Shown in pieces: positions 38,983 through 51,380 of a stretch of DNA of 64,000 nucleotides. The number at the start of each line of letters is the position of its first letter. Positions within the stretch are counted from its first letter, which is position 1. The DNA is from Felis catus (lineage: Eukaryota). Location: NCBI RefSeq assembly GCF_018350175.1, contig NC_058373.1, forward strand, positions 117,492,001 through 117,556,000. The letters are read 5' to 3'. Below the pieces are notes generated by a model. That model had not been told where the DNA came from and did not search any database. It saw only the letters and a program-made list of their open reading frames with translations. The translations under genes were made by a program, and so were the position numbers.

Positions 38983-41063
38983 CACTGATGGCCGGGCCGT
39001 GAGTGCCATTCTGCCGGCCTCCTGGTTATCCAGGGCCCGGGCCAGTCCTCAGCAAGGTCAGGACACGTAAGCCTCTGATCAGCCCCTATCGTTCCTGCCA
39101 CTGCTTCTGTTTTGTGTCAACACCCTGCCACCCTCCGACAACCCAGCTCTCTGCCCTCGGCACTCCAGGCTGTCAATCCAGGTAGAGTCAAAGGGGAGGG
39201 GTCCTGGGGAAGCGAGATGGCAGCAGTTCCGAGAGAACCCAAAGCCACGGGCCCTCCGCTGAAAGAGGAGGAGGCAGGAAAACAACTGGGGGCACGCCGC
39301 TCTTCCTCTGGGTTTGGGGGGACCGCACCGGCAGTGGAGTTGTAGGGGCTGCGGACTGACCCGGAGTGTTCACGGTAATGCTGGCAGAGGCCATGAGGCT
39401 CAGGCTGAGAGCAGAAGAGAGGGGAAGGCCAGCATCCTGTTGCCGGGAACACATGAGATCATTCCTCAGCAACTCTGAGATCATTTCCCTTTAGCTCGTA
39501 AGCCCGGTTCTTTCTCTGAGTCGCGCCTGAATCACGGCCCTCGGCGTCTGGCCACAGTGCTTTGCGCGTCGATGATGCCAGAGCGTGCTCTTGACTCTTT
39601 GCCCTCCCATGACTCTTCCCTTCCACAGAGACTTGCTGTTACTCCACCTTGACCTCAGTGCAAATGTTAGGTATGCCCTGGTGCCGTTAGTGTGGTTTGC
39701 TTGGGGCTGCCGTGGTGGAGCCCTTGGCTTTACATCCAGGGCTCCCCCTCCGCCAGTCTCTTCCCACTGTTGCCTGCTGTTCCCGAACACCTGCTTCCTG
39801 ACAGCGGGTCAGCTCTGGAATGGCACACACCTGTCTGTGGCCCCAGGGCACCCCACGATCCTCCAGTCACAGTCCTTGCAGCACACTGGTCCCCCTTCTT
39901 GCTGGAGGACAGCCACTTTATTCATCACGGCAGGGAAATGAGTGAAATGTTCCAGTCACAGTAACAGCAGTCATCATACCAGTAAAGCCAACATCTGCCC
40001 ATCCTTTGCTGTGTGTTGAAGGACTCGGGGCGGAAGCTTTGCCAAGCTCACGTCTACCTTCTCAGACCGAGCTTTTTATCGTATCTCATAGAAACCGAAG
40101 CTTACAAAGGGCGAGGCACATCCCCAAGGCCACCGAGCTGGTGGCAGGGGGAAGCCGGATTCACACCCAGGCCACTTGGCTCCTAGCTGCTCCTGTGGGA
40201 GACGCCAGGAGAGAGCCTGGCTGGAGCTGGGGTACAGGTCTCCGAGGGGTCCTCGTGCTGCTTTGCCTCAAGAACTAGGAGCGGACCTGGAACTATATCC
40301 CCCGCTGATAGAGAAGACCCCAGACCAAGGTTGAGAGGATGGCCTCATCCATCTGAACAAAAGAGAGGAGCCACGTAAGAACAAGCCACGAACTCTCTGG
40401 AAGGCCTGTGGCCTAGGCCTGGGGAGGGGCAGGAGAAGGGGCTTGGTCCCAGGCTGGGGATCTTTCCGTGGGAGACCAGCTCCGGACTTCCGTTCGCGCA
40501 GATGGAGAGGTCTGTGTTGGTTGTAGGCGAGATGTAGGGCTGGTTGGTGTCTATTCTGTGTCCTCATTTTAATCATCGTAACAGGCTGTCAGGTGGATCC
40601 TGTGCTTGACCCCATTTTGCAGGTGGGTAAACTGGGGCTCCGAGTGGTGGGGTGACTCATCCCAGGGGATCCTGTAGCAAGGGGCAGAGCCAGGCCCTGA
40701 GCCGGGTCTGTCTGATTACAAAAGCTCCCTCCACCACACCAGAGCTATTCTCTGATAGAGCCCAGAGGCAGGTTCCAAGGGACTGGAGCCGGAATTAGTG
40801 CAAAACTGTAAAATCTTCACTCACAAACCGGTGTGTCCCAGACTCTGCTTCAACCCCGGCTTGCTCACACGCCCTGCTGTGCACGCCTCGCCCGCCCCAA
40901 GGTGGTGGCAGATGTCCAGGGTACTTTGCAGACTTGAAACCTTAAAGCTGTGCCATTGGATCCGTATAATTGCTATCATAGTGTGGATGGACGGATCAAA
41001 TTCCTGGTAAGTGACTGCAGCCTGCAGGCCGGGGCCTCATAAAGGCTCTCCTTTCCTGCTCCC

Positions 41064-41276
41064 CTCAAGAAAGCCTCAGCCGCACAGATTAACTCAAATG
41101 TAAATTCGCCTGTCCGTGAACCACGTTTCAGATTCAAATTCACACAAATGAGGTGACCGTTAGACAACACTGGAAGGCAATAGGGCCCAGATGCCTTCCA
41201 GCCACAGGGGCCCCTCCAGGCCTCCCCAGAACGCTCAGCAGCCCCCAGGACGTTTATAACACTCTCTGATGGGTGC
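41064..41276 (+). repeat. 213-bp segment, copy 1 of a local duplication
   Basis: Aligns without gaps to 43015-43227; 29 mismatches by manual count. Confidence 0.95.
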
Positions 41277-42783
41277 GGCTGAATGCCTCCACTAGCTTGC
41301 TTCTCCCCTGGAGCCGCGAGTCTGTTTGCCCCTCATTCCTGCCTTCGGGTTGAGAGGAATGTGGGCCCAGAGAACAGAGGCTACACCCCAGTGGCCTTGT
41401 CCTCCAGGCCCCTGCAAGAGGCCCAGTCAGCGTAGCCATGTTCAGCCTTCTCTTTAATAAGCTGATTGTGAAGCTAAGTCCTGGGCGCTCCCCACCTCCC
41501 CTGGTCGCTTTTGATTGACAAAACTAATCTCTCCTCCACCCCCACGGCTGCCGCCACCGCATCCTCTTGCAAATCATGTCCTCGGCTGCTGACAATTAGA
41601 TATAAGGCCCAGGATTGGGACGCAGGAGGGTTATGAGGTTATGAATCAATCGTGGGGGCTTGGGTGAGATAACAAACCAGGGGGCCCATCTCAGACACCT
41701 CACCGCAACCCTCAGAGCCTCCTGGTTGATTTATGAGTTGGTAATAACCTCGCCTGGTCTCCTGCCCCCTATTATTTTTCATAATGCACAGGGAAGCTTT
41801 AAATTTCAGAGAATGGGGAAACGCAGAATCTGAGTGGGGAGGCTGGGCTGCAGTGGGGGGTGCGCGGGGGCAGGGAGGGGGAGGGGAAGGCCCACCAAGG
41901 GGTTCCCAGCAGCCAGTCGTCTTTCCTGCCGCGTAGGCCCTGGGTCGCCGAGGGGCACGGTTGTCACAGGCCCATGGTCAGCAAGCCGATTTGCCTGGCC
42001 TGGAAGGACGCCCCAGGGAGGTGGCTCCCAGAGGCTATGGTTTAGGAGGGGATACAGTGGTGATGCTTGGGGATCACTGGGTTCAAAATTTTACTTGGCG
42101 TGTCTGGACTGAATTCCTCCAACCTGTCCGAAACCGAGTCAGACTGCAGAAGCCTCCCTGTGAAGAAGGGAGGATCACACGCTGGATCAAAGCCAGCGAA
42201 AGGCAGTTGGAACTGTGCAGTCTGGAGACCAGTGGAGTGAGCAGAGGGACCGGTGGAGAGCTGGCGGGGGGACAGTGGCTGTGAGCCCCACAGAAGAGGG
42301 TGGGAGACTTTGCCTTTCCTGCACTCACTGTCCTCTTCCAGTGACAGCCAGCGTCGCGTAAAGGAAAGAAGGCGGCTTTGGATTGCAGCCTAATATTTTT
42401 TTAAAGCTTTCATCAGGTTAGCTTTCTTTAGACAAGAGAAGACAGGAGTTTCGAAAGATAACAGTGTCAATGGATGAAAACCCTCGAAACTTTCATGTAA
42501 AGCAGTGGCTGCAAAATGCATCCCCTCCCCCCCCCCCCCCCCACACACACGGTTGGTGCTGGTGTGTGATGAGGTTTCCTGGGCCACAAAAATTGAGAGA
42601 AAAATTTACAATGTAGTGAATATGTACCTATGGGTGGATACATACTGTAGGATGTATATTTGAATGTAACTGCCGCTCGATGAGCACGTATTACAGCCCA
42701 GCTCCAGGCCAGGTGTTTGCACGGTACCAGAGACAGGACAGTGTGACAGAGTCCTGCCGTCTCAGAGCGATGGTTTAGCGAGT

Positions 42784-43465
42784 GTTAGGAGCGGAACTGT
42801 GTCTTCCCAAAAGTTTGGATGTTGGAGTTTTAACCTGCACTACCTTGGAACGTGACCTTGCTTGGACACAGGGTTATTTCAGATGTAATGAGTTAACGTG
42901 AGTTAGTGAGGGTGGGTTCTAATCCACTATGACAGGTGTCCCTCTAGAAAGGAAAAGTTGGACAAAGAGGCACACGTGCAGGGAGAGGGCCACACGAAGA
43001 TGAAGGTACCTCATCTCAAGAAAGCCTCGGCCGCACAGATTAACTTAAATATAAGTTCACGTGTCCATGAACCACGTTTCAGATTCGAATTCGCACAAAT
43101 GAGATGACCATTAGACAACACCGGAGGGCAATACGACCCAGATGCCTTCCAGCCACAGAGTCCCCTCCGAGCCTCCTCGGAACACTCAGCTGCCCCCAGA
43201 ACATTTCTGATGCTCTCTGATGGGTGCTCATGCAGAGATCGGGGTGATGCATTTGCAGGCCCCCGAACACCAAAGACCAGCAGACCTGCAGACGTGAGGA
43301 GAGAGGCCCAGAACCCATTCTCCCCCACCGCCCTCAGATGAACCCCCACTGCCAACACCGCCGTCTCAGGCCTCTGGCCTCCAGAACTGTGAGCCAATAA
43401 ATTTCTGCTGTTTGTACCGCTTAGTTTGTGGGCCTTTGTTACAGAAGCCCCAGGAAACCAATACA
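42784..43465 (+). mobile_element. MLT1C MaLR solo LTR split by a 225-bp insert
   Basis: tgttagg..gaactgtgtc.. start, ..ccagaactgtgag.caataaatttctg..ggaaaccaataca end; LTR reads gaagatgaagg|gcagagat across 43007-43231. Confidence 0.85.
43015..43227 (+). repeat. 213-bp segment, copy 2 (inside MLT1C)
   Basis: About 86% identical to 41064-41276. Confidence 0.95.
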
Positions 43466-44929
43466 GAGGGGGAGGCAGACGTTGATCCAACAATCACATC
43501 GTGGATATCTAATTCCAAATGGAGAGAAGTGCTCCAAAGAGAAGGATCCCCATTCTCTGCAAGGGACAGCCAAAGGACGCGACGTGGTTTGGAGATCTGT
43601 GAAGGCTTTCCTGAGGAAGTTAGAACCAAAGGACATGCCAGAGTCAGCTAGAGACAGTGGAGCGGAGAAAGGAGGGAACATCACTGGCTCAGGAAATCGC
43701 TTATGCAAATGTCCTGCAGCAGGATGGAGCGTGGTGCATTCTGGGAGTGGAGAAGCAGTCCATGAGGCCGAAGAGGAGAAGAGGGAGAGGAAGAGGATGT
43801 TGGGACGTGAGGGACTGGCGCACACGGCTTGTTATGATGGACCGAATGGCCATGCATTGAGGGCACCTGCTCTACCTACCACCCACTGTGCCCAGAAGTC
43901 CACTTACTGGAGGAACAGGGCCAGGAATGGGGCCACGGAAGTCGGGCTCCTAGAGCTTGCCTGCTGCAACTGCCTTGTTCATTGCCCCTCCCATCTGACA
44001 AGCTATCCATCAGCAGACCCCTTCGTAAAAGCATCAGAAGACATCTTGAGGTTCTCTAAGGCAAAAAGGCAGGCAAATCACACAAAAATTCCAACTTGCT
44101 GTTGCTTCTTCCAGGCATACAGATGACTTGATTAGACTCTTGGCTCCAATACAAGGTCCCTAAAAATGCAGACTCTGTCCGCAGCTAATGTGCGCTAATG
44201 CGTATTCTGTAGCGGGCACTGCGCGGGCATGGCACGTGCGGAACTCCCTTTAACCCCTAGGGCCTCTGCAGCGGATCGGTTATTGTCTCCGTTTCCATCT
44301 CAGGCAATGAAGGCACAGAGCAGGTGGGTGAGCTGATGATCAACAGACCATTCTAGCAAAACCACGGGCCAGGTTTTGAATACACGCACTTACGGTACCC
44401 TCTGAGTAGGCAGGATTTCACCCCCATCAACCCATGAAGACATGGAGGTTGGGGTGGGGGGTGGTTCAGGGACCTGCCCCGGGTTGCACAGTCTGTAAGT
44501 GACACAGCATGAGCTGAACTCAAGTCTGACTTTACAAACGCTGTGTTCTATTGGTTCCTAGGCTTGGTTAACAAGCATATGTCTGTGAAATTTTGTCACG
44601 GCGTTCCTTGGAAAAAGTCAAGCCCATTGACCAAACACGACTGCTCAAAATGCCATTAGACTTGTCCTGGCACACAGGGCTTCCTCCTGAGTCTTCTCCT
44701 GTCTTCCTGCCACTATTCAGTGTGTTCACCCTCTGAAATCCTAAAGTTTAACATCTCCTCTTAAGTAAGGTCAGCTTTCTCTGCCAGCTAACCGTTGCAT
44801 TTTGTGGGATTTTTTTTAACTAAAAAAAAGAAAGGTCTAAAAGTATAAAGACTGCCCTACTTAGAATGTCCTTCCATTCATCTGCAAAATAAAGATGCTA
44901 ATAATCTACTTACATCATGGGATTAAAAA

Positions 44930-45168
44930 AAAATTTTAATGTTTGTTTATTTTTGAGAGAGAGAGACAGAGAGACAGAGAGAGAGAGAGAGAGAGACAGA
45001 GCATGAGCAGGGGAGGGACAAGGAGAGAGGGAGACACAGAATCCAAAGCAGGCTCCAGGCTCTGAGCTGTCAGCACAGAGCCCGATGCGGGCCTCGAACA
45101 CGCAAACCGTGAGATTGTGACCTGAGCTAAAGTCGGACACTTGACCGACTGAGCCACCCAGGCACCCC
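44930..45168 (-). mobile_element. Can-SINE
   Basis: Reverse-complement SINE with (GA)n. Confidence 0.94.
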
Positions 45169-46090
45169 CATGCGACTAATATCGTAGGGTCATTCCACTG
45201 CCTGCAATATAGAAAGTGCTCAATGAATTATTAGCTCACTAGCTAATATTGGTAGTAATTATTATTACTACTAAATGAATGTCCCTGCTTCAGGGGGAAA
45301 AATAAGCACAGAGTATCACTTTTCCAGTTATTCTTCTGAGTACCGTTTGGAAAGTTATTCAGCAATAAGAGAGGATGTGGTGGACATAGTATCTGGCATG
45401 AGTTTGCCTGGATTCCAGGCTTGGCTCTTATAGGTATGTGGCCTTGGGCCTCTCTGGGCCTCATCCTTAAAATGGGTATACTAGTTATTATACTATACAC
45501 AATTATTGTCAGGATGATATGTGATTGCAGGGTCAAGTGCCCAGCTCGGGCCTGGTGCACGATGGACCCTGGGGAATGTCTCCCTCCTTCAGGAATGTTG
45601 GCCTGCCTATGGCACCTACGTGATAAAGCGGCACGAAGCTGCCCTCCTCACTCACAGGTGTAGCAGAGACCTTGGCAGGTGTGTGAGAATCCCAGGGTGG
45701 ACTGAGTCATAACCTTGACTGCAGAGGACCAGGAGGTCACTCACAGCAGGAACCATCTTATCTTATCTTTTGTTGGGCTCCAGAAACAGTTTACTCAAAT
45801 GAAGGTGTCTTTCCCCAGTGGTGAGGACTGACAAGTAAGTTATCGATTGCTTCAGTCATCAGTACTATGATTTATAAGCTACCAAGTTTCACATAACTTG
45901 AAATTTGCAGGTGACTGGAACCAGTCTTTTATCAAGTTTGCATAATCTAATTTGGGCTAAGGTTGATACAATACTTTGGGAAGAATGGGGGAAAGCGTTT
46001 CAGAGTAGGCTCCCCTTAGGTTCTGACTTATCTGGCAGGAAGTTCTGGGTATTCCTCAATCTTTGGAGGCACTTAAAACACATGAGGACA

Positions 46091-46312
46091 GGGGCACCTG
46101 GGTGGCTCAGTCGGTTGAGTGTCCAACTTCAGCTCAGGTCATGATCTCACGGTTCGTGGGTTCGAGCCCTGAGTTGGGATCTGTGCTGATGACTCAGAGC
46201 CTGGAGCCTGCTTTGGATTCTGTGTGTGTCTCTCTCTCTGCTCCTCCCCCACTCATTCTCTGTCTGTCTCTCTCTCTCTCAAAAATAAACATTAAAAACC
46301 ATTTTTTTTTAA
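46091..46312 (+). mobile_element. Can-SINE
   Basis: TSD aaaacacatgaggaca. Confidence 0.95.
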
Positions 46313-46963
46313 AAAAACACATGAGGACAAAGTTCAGAATACAACCCTTCTATAATAAGGATCTCCCCCAAACCGGAAAGAGAACCCCCTAAAATGTTGG
46401 AAGATCTCACCAGCTTGCTCGAATCTAGTTTGTACCGAGGGGTACAGATGATCACCTTTAGTCTAGGACTATGGTGAGCAGCCCTGTTAGAGTCTACAAA
46501 AAGCTTTGGGGTTGGCCCAATGTCCAGAGGGAGTGACGAGCTTGAGGCTTAGGAGCGAGCCTCCCAATTCTTTACTCCTCTGGAGAGAGGCAGTTTTGTG
46601 AGTCATGCCTCATTTTTCTCTGCCCCTTCACTGGGGAGCAGAAAATGCCCACGGCCAGGGCCTGGGGGCGGCAGAAGGGTTCAGAGCTCCCCTTACCCTC
46701 TCCGCTGTGTGTCTGCAACCTGATCCCCCAGCCTCTCCACTGCAGTCTCTGGAGGAGGTCATCGCCTCCCTTTCTGCTCTTTACAATGAAAAGTGTTTTT
46801 CACTTTTAAAAAGCCATGTATTTAAAAAGCACTATATAAAGCAATATATTAATGTTCAATGAATTCCAAATAATAAGGAAATGTAAAAAATAGAAATTTT
46901 CCATCATTGGACCCTCCACTCTCTCCAGGATAACCTAAAATTAACAGTTTGAATATTCTTCCA

Positions 46964-47125
46964 GGGTCTCCTGGGTGGCTCAGTCAGTGAAGCATCCAAC
47001 TTTTGCTCAGGTCGTGATCTCACGGTTCCTGAGTTCGAGCCCCGCATCGGGCTCTCTGCTATCTGCATAGAGGCCACCTCTCTCTCTGCCCCTCTGTCGC
47101 TCACGTCCTCTCTCTCAAAAATAAA
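46964..47125 (+). mobile_element. Can-SINE (internally deleted)
   Basis: Head and tail, TSD ttcttccag. Confidence 0.9.
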
Positions 47126-47899
47126 CGTTCTTCCAGAACTTCTCTTCTCGGTATCTGTATATATCTATACGTGTGTAATTAATAGAATACAAATGCAAAT
47201 ACATATTTTCTATTGTAAAAATGTCATTTTACAATACGCACTGTTCTTGATATGCTTTTTCATTTAATACACTGGGTGTTCAATAGATACGTGTTGCATG
47301 GATGAGCCATAATTAATTATTCAGTCCCCTACCAGAGAAGTTTTGAGTTGTGTCCAAACACCCTTCCAATACACATAATGATATATAAAAGACATAATTG
47401 GAATACATACCTACAGCACATATAGAAACATAAAGCATACCTACATCTGATAAATATATACTTAAATATACTAACAAACCACGCATGCTGTGGAGAACAG
47501 TTTCGGGTGCCCTCTGATGTATTTCATGGATATTCCTGACATATATGTTGACATATTAGCCTCAAAAAGAAAACTTTCAGCCAAGTGTTTTAGAACCTTT
47601 GGGAATAAAGAGTAACTATTCCGCATTTGTTCCTGAAGTTTTTATATTGGCTTTAAGTCCTTGGCGGGGTATCTTGACTAAAATAAGAACCAGAATCCGA
47701 CAGTGGTAACAAGGGCAACAATTAATTTGAGAGAGAACAGAAAAATAATCTGCTTCAAATTCTTTTCAGAATAGGAAGGAAAGAATGATTGGGGGCTGGA
47801 GGAAAAAAGGAAGAAAGGAAAGAGAAAAAAGGAAAAATGCTTTCTCCTGACGGACATTTGAACTATTCTCGCCTGGTTCCAGTGTAATAATTATAGGTC

Positions 47900-48117
47900 T
47901 TTTTTTTTTTTTTCCAACGTTTATTTATTTTTGGGACAGAGAGAGACAGAGCATGAACGGGGGAGGGGCAGAGAGAGAGGGAGACACAGAATCGGAAACA
48001 GGCTCCAGGCTCTGAGCCATCAGCCCAGAGCCCGACGCGGGGCTCGAACTCACGGACCACGAGATCGTGACCTGGCTGAAGTCGGACGCTTAACCGACTG
48101 CGCCACCCAGGCGCCCC
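47900..48117 (-). mobile_element. Can-SINE (SINEC_Fc), young full-length copy
   Basis: TSD ataattataggtctttt; near-identical to the copies at 6355 and 62942. Confidence 0.97.
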
Positions 48118-50179
48118 ATAATTATAGGTCTTTTAAAGGACATAATATTATGACAGACTTCCCTCCCTTACTTGTTCCCGGGGCTCGACATGGACCATTT
48201 GCTTCCAGCCACGAGGCTGGAGGCTGGCCCCTCCTGGGTTAGTCCAAGGAAGCCTAAAGCAGCCCATGCCCAAGAGAAGGAGGGGGGGGAGCGTCCTCAA
48301 CCCCTACACGTTGTTATGCTTGCTGAGGGCCTTCGTGCAGGTCTGCAGCGGGTGAGGCAGGCAGTGACCCAGGACAGGCAGGGGCGCAGCTCGGCCCTCA
48401 CCAGAGCTTTGAGTACAGTCACCCCAGTCCCCAGATGAAGACCCCGACGGTTCCGGTGGCTGCACCAGGGACAAGAAACCCAGGTCTGTGGTCCGCCACA
48501 TTGCTAGGTGAAAAGGAAAGAGGCTTTTGTGACTTTCCCGTCTTTACCAAAAACAAAGTGCTTAAAAGGGGATCCTTCGGCTCCGTGAATGCAAACCAGG
48601 GCCTGGTGGACTGGGGAGAACAATTAGGCCAGACACTGAGCGCGTGAAAGCAAAAGAGGGTAGAAATCTAGACAATAGTGCTGAAGTCTCGGCTGGGGTG
48701 GAGGGGGGAACGGATATGATAGCGAGGAAGGAGTTTCAATGTGAATGAATACTAATTAGTGACATGGATATTAATGATGACAGTAATTAACAGGGGAAAG
48801 GAAGGGCTGTCATTGTCCCAGGGTGAGTAATCAATCTTGGCAGGTGATAAATAATGGTTCAGCAAGCTCAGCAGAAAGATAATCCGCCTGCCCGGGGGAG
48901 AGCTGTTGCTGATGCTGGAAACCTATCCGTTTCCAGGCAACCCACAAAAAAGAACTATTTTTCTTTTGAGGAAAAAACAGGTTAGAGTCTCTCCCCCACC
49001 CCCAACTTGGGATTACAGTTCTTATTTGATTTCTGCTTTGTTCTTCATGTCCTAGGACAAATGTTGAACTTGTATCATTTGGAAGAGACGGACACACATG
49101 CACAAGCACACACAGACGTAACTCTCCTTTCTCTCAAAGAATGGGAATGAACAGGAGTGGTTTTGATCCAAAGTTTAGCTCCTAGATGCCATCCGGGAGC
49201 AAGAGCGGGGAGAAGCTTTGAAGTTCTGCTTTTGAGGTTGAAACGGGGGCACCTTGCAGGGCTGAGCCAGTGGAGGCTGGTCTTGGGGGAGCACAGAAAT
49301 AGTAGGATGGGGCCCTGGTTGCCTACGGTGCAAGGTTCCATACCCTCTCCAGAGAGCCAGAGAGAAACAGGCCTGTGCTGTTCTCACCTCTGGCAACCAG
49401 TCAGATTTCTGGGAAACTTTATTTCTGGGGAAAGGAAATGCTCCTCGAAGACCTCTGCTAGTTCTCCAGGTTTTCAGCTAGGAATCTATTCCAGGAGAGC
49501 TATGGGCAGACCGAGCCTCAGACTCACGCACAACAGGACTCAGACATCCAGAAATGTTGCCCTTTTCAGGCTGCTTTCCACCAAACATTCCATCCTGAGG
49601 TGACAAACCACGTTGGAAGATCAGCCCTGGTTTAAAGTGAGATGGTTGAGTGACAAAGGTGAATTGACCGGAAGTCCAGAACCTTCCAGAAATTTGGACT
49701 CCTCTACTCCCACGTTGGCTCTAGGCACGGCATTTTCAAAGGGAGGCAAACAAAAGGAAACATATTCAGAGAATTCTGACTAAAATGGCGAGGGTCTCTA
49801 GGTCATGTCATGGGAGAAATTAGCTGAGGGGCCCAGGCATGTGTCACCTCGAGGGGGGAAATCCTCAAGAAGAATGCTGATAGTATATCGGACAGACTCT
49901 CTCCAGAGCAAGAAGTCTGGGTTTGTTTTTCTATCATCAGAGGGCAAAACTAAGTCCAAAGAGAGGACTTCAGAGAGGGTCAGATTTCTGTTCTGAAAAA
50001 TCAAAGATGATTTCACTGGGACAGGCTGACTAGGAGGGAATCTGTAATTCCCAGGTACTAGGGTTTTTCCAAGTGGAGATTATGGTACCTCTTGTCCAGA
50101 GTATTACAGATGGGGCTCCTATATTGGCTAGGGTTGGAGTAGATATGCTTTAAAAGTCCCTTCCAACTCAAGATTTTAT

Positions 50180-50480
50180 ATTAGTTAAGGTCGAACTTGA
50201 TGTCAAAACGAATAAATCCCAACTTCTGTGGCTTAAAACAATAAAGTTTATTTTTTAATCAAGTCAGAGCCCAAAATGGGCATCAATTTTTATGATTGTT
50301 CAGGATCCCAGGCTCCTTCCACATTGTGGCTCTGCCCTCTCCTGTGTTCTTGGGGTTCTCTACATTCGGCCAGCAGATAGGGAAGGAAAGGGTGTGGTGG
50401 GTCACATGGGAGTTTTTATGGTCCAGGCCTAGAAGTGGTGTATGTCATTTATAGCCATATTCCATTGTAAGAACTCAATA
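50180..50480 (-). mobile_element. MaLR LTR relic (MLT1K/L-like)
   Basis: tgtggcttaaaacaataaagtttatt..cccaggctccttcca..tgtggctctgcc..ccaggcctagaagtgg..cat..attccattg. Confidence 0.6.
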
Positions 50481-50525
50481 GGAGCATTTTCATTTAAAAT
50501 GGGCCCAATGAAAAAATTAGAGATT

Positions 50526-50551
50526 TGTTGTTGTTGTTGTTGTTGTTGTTG
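50526..50551. repeat. (TTG)n microsatellite
   Basis: Direct reading. Confidence 0.9.
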
Positions 50552-50973
50552 TCAAGAAACTGTAAGGTCACCTGTGTTAGTCAGGCCTTGTCAGTTAGGG
50601 TAGGGAGCTGAAGAGGCCTCCTCCTTCAGGAAATATCCTGGGGTTCAGATATAGTATAATTTCACCTAACCTGTCTCAGGGAAATCATTAAAATCTATAT
50701 TTGCAGGAAGTTTCCTATAGATACTCCCTAGAAGTGTGGACACAAGATCATCCTGAGTCATCAAAAATGGATTTTTTGGAAAAGAGTGAGATTGTGACTA
50801 TGGAAGCATCCCAATGGATAGACATGGTTAATTAGGATGGAAAATTGTCAATATTATCCAGCTCTCTGGGTGTGTGCTAATTGGAATTTGGGGATTCTTA
50901 GGTAAACATGTTTCTTCTGCCACAGAGTTAAGCATTCGTGATGTCTTCAGTTCAAATTGCTTTATCATTTCAG

Positions 50974-51024
50974 GTACTGACATTGTGCAATGGCTTATGA
51001 AGAACCTCTCCATCGAGGACCCAG
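50974..51024 (+). CDS. RGS6: RGS6 coding exon (51 nt, phase 1-1; exon 4 by recalled human numbering), DEP domain: (G)TDIVQWLMKNLSIEDP(V)
   Basis: tttcag acceptor, gtattt donor; peptide matches recalled RGS6; in frame with the next exon. Confidence 0.97.
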
Positions 51025-51133
51025 GTATTTGACTCCAATTTTATCCTCCGTGGTATTGAAAAATATCCCATAAACAAGTTCCAAACCAGATTCTCCCATT
51101 CTCCTGAGAACTGGGCTTATAAATGTGAGTCTT

Positions 51134-51297
51134 GGGGCACCTGAGTGGCTCAGGAGGTTAGACATCCGACTTCGGTTCGGGTCATGATCTTGTAGTCCGT
51201 GAGTTTGAACCCTTTATTGGACTCTGGACTGACAGCTCAGAGCCTGGAGCCTGCTTCGGATTCTGTGTCTCCCTCTCTCTCTGCCCCTCCCTTGTGC

Positions 51298-51336
<39 letters not shown>

Positions 51337-51380
51337 AATAAATAAACATTAAAATAATAATCATAATCATAATAATAATA
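51134..51380 (+). mobile_element. Can-SINE
   Basis: Head, (CT)n, (AAT)n tail, TSD taaatgtga. Confidence 0.93.

Larger units (their letters stand above)
1..50973 (+). other. RGS6: RGS6 long intron, 3' part (intron 3 by recalled human numbering)
   Basis: Ends in tttatcatttcag directly before the first RGS6 exon seen; no upstream RGS6 coding exon recognised in the window. Confidence 0.85.

Noticed and set aside
40976..41170. Similar minus-strand peptides (LSNGHLIC..NLKRGS) here and at 43011-43493, suggesting a small gene pair
   Set aside because: They are a by-product of the 213-bp DNA duplication; there is no shared ATG start or splice structure.
43428..44126. Longest ORF in the track (232 aa)
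   Set aside because: It starts at a non-ATG codon inside an LTR end, crosses L2-like sequence and has no recognisable domain or supporting splice structure.
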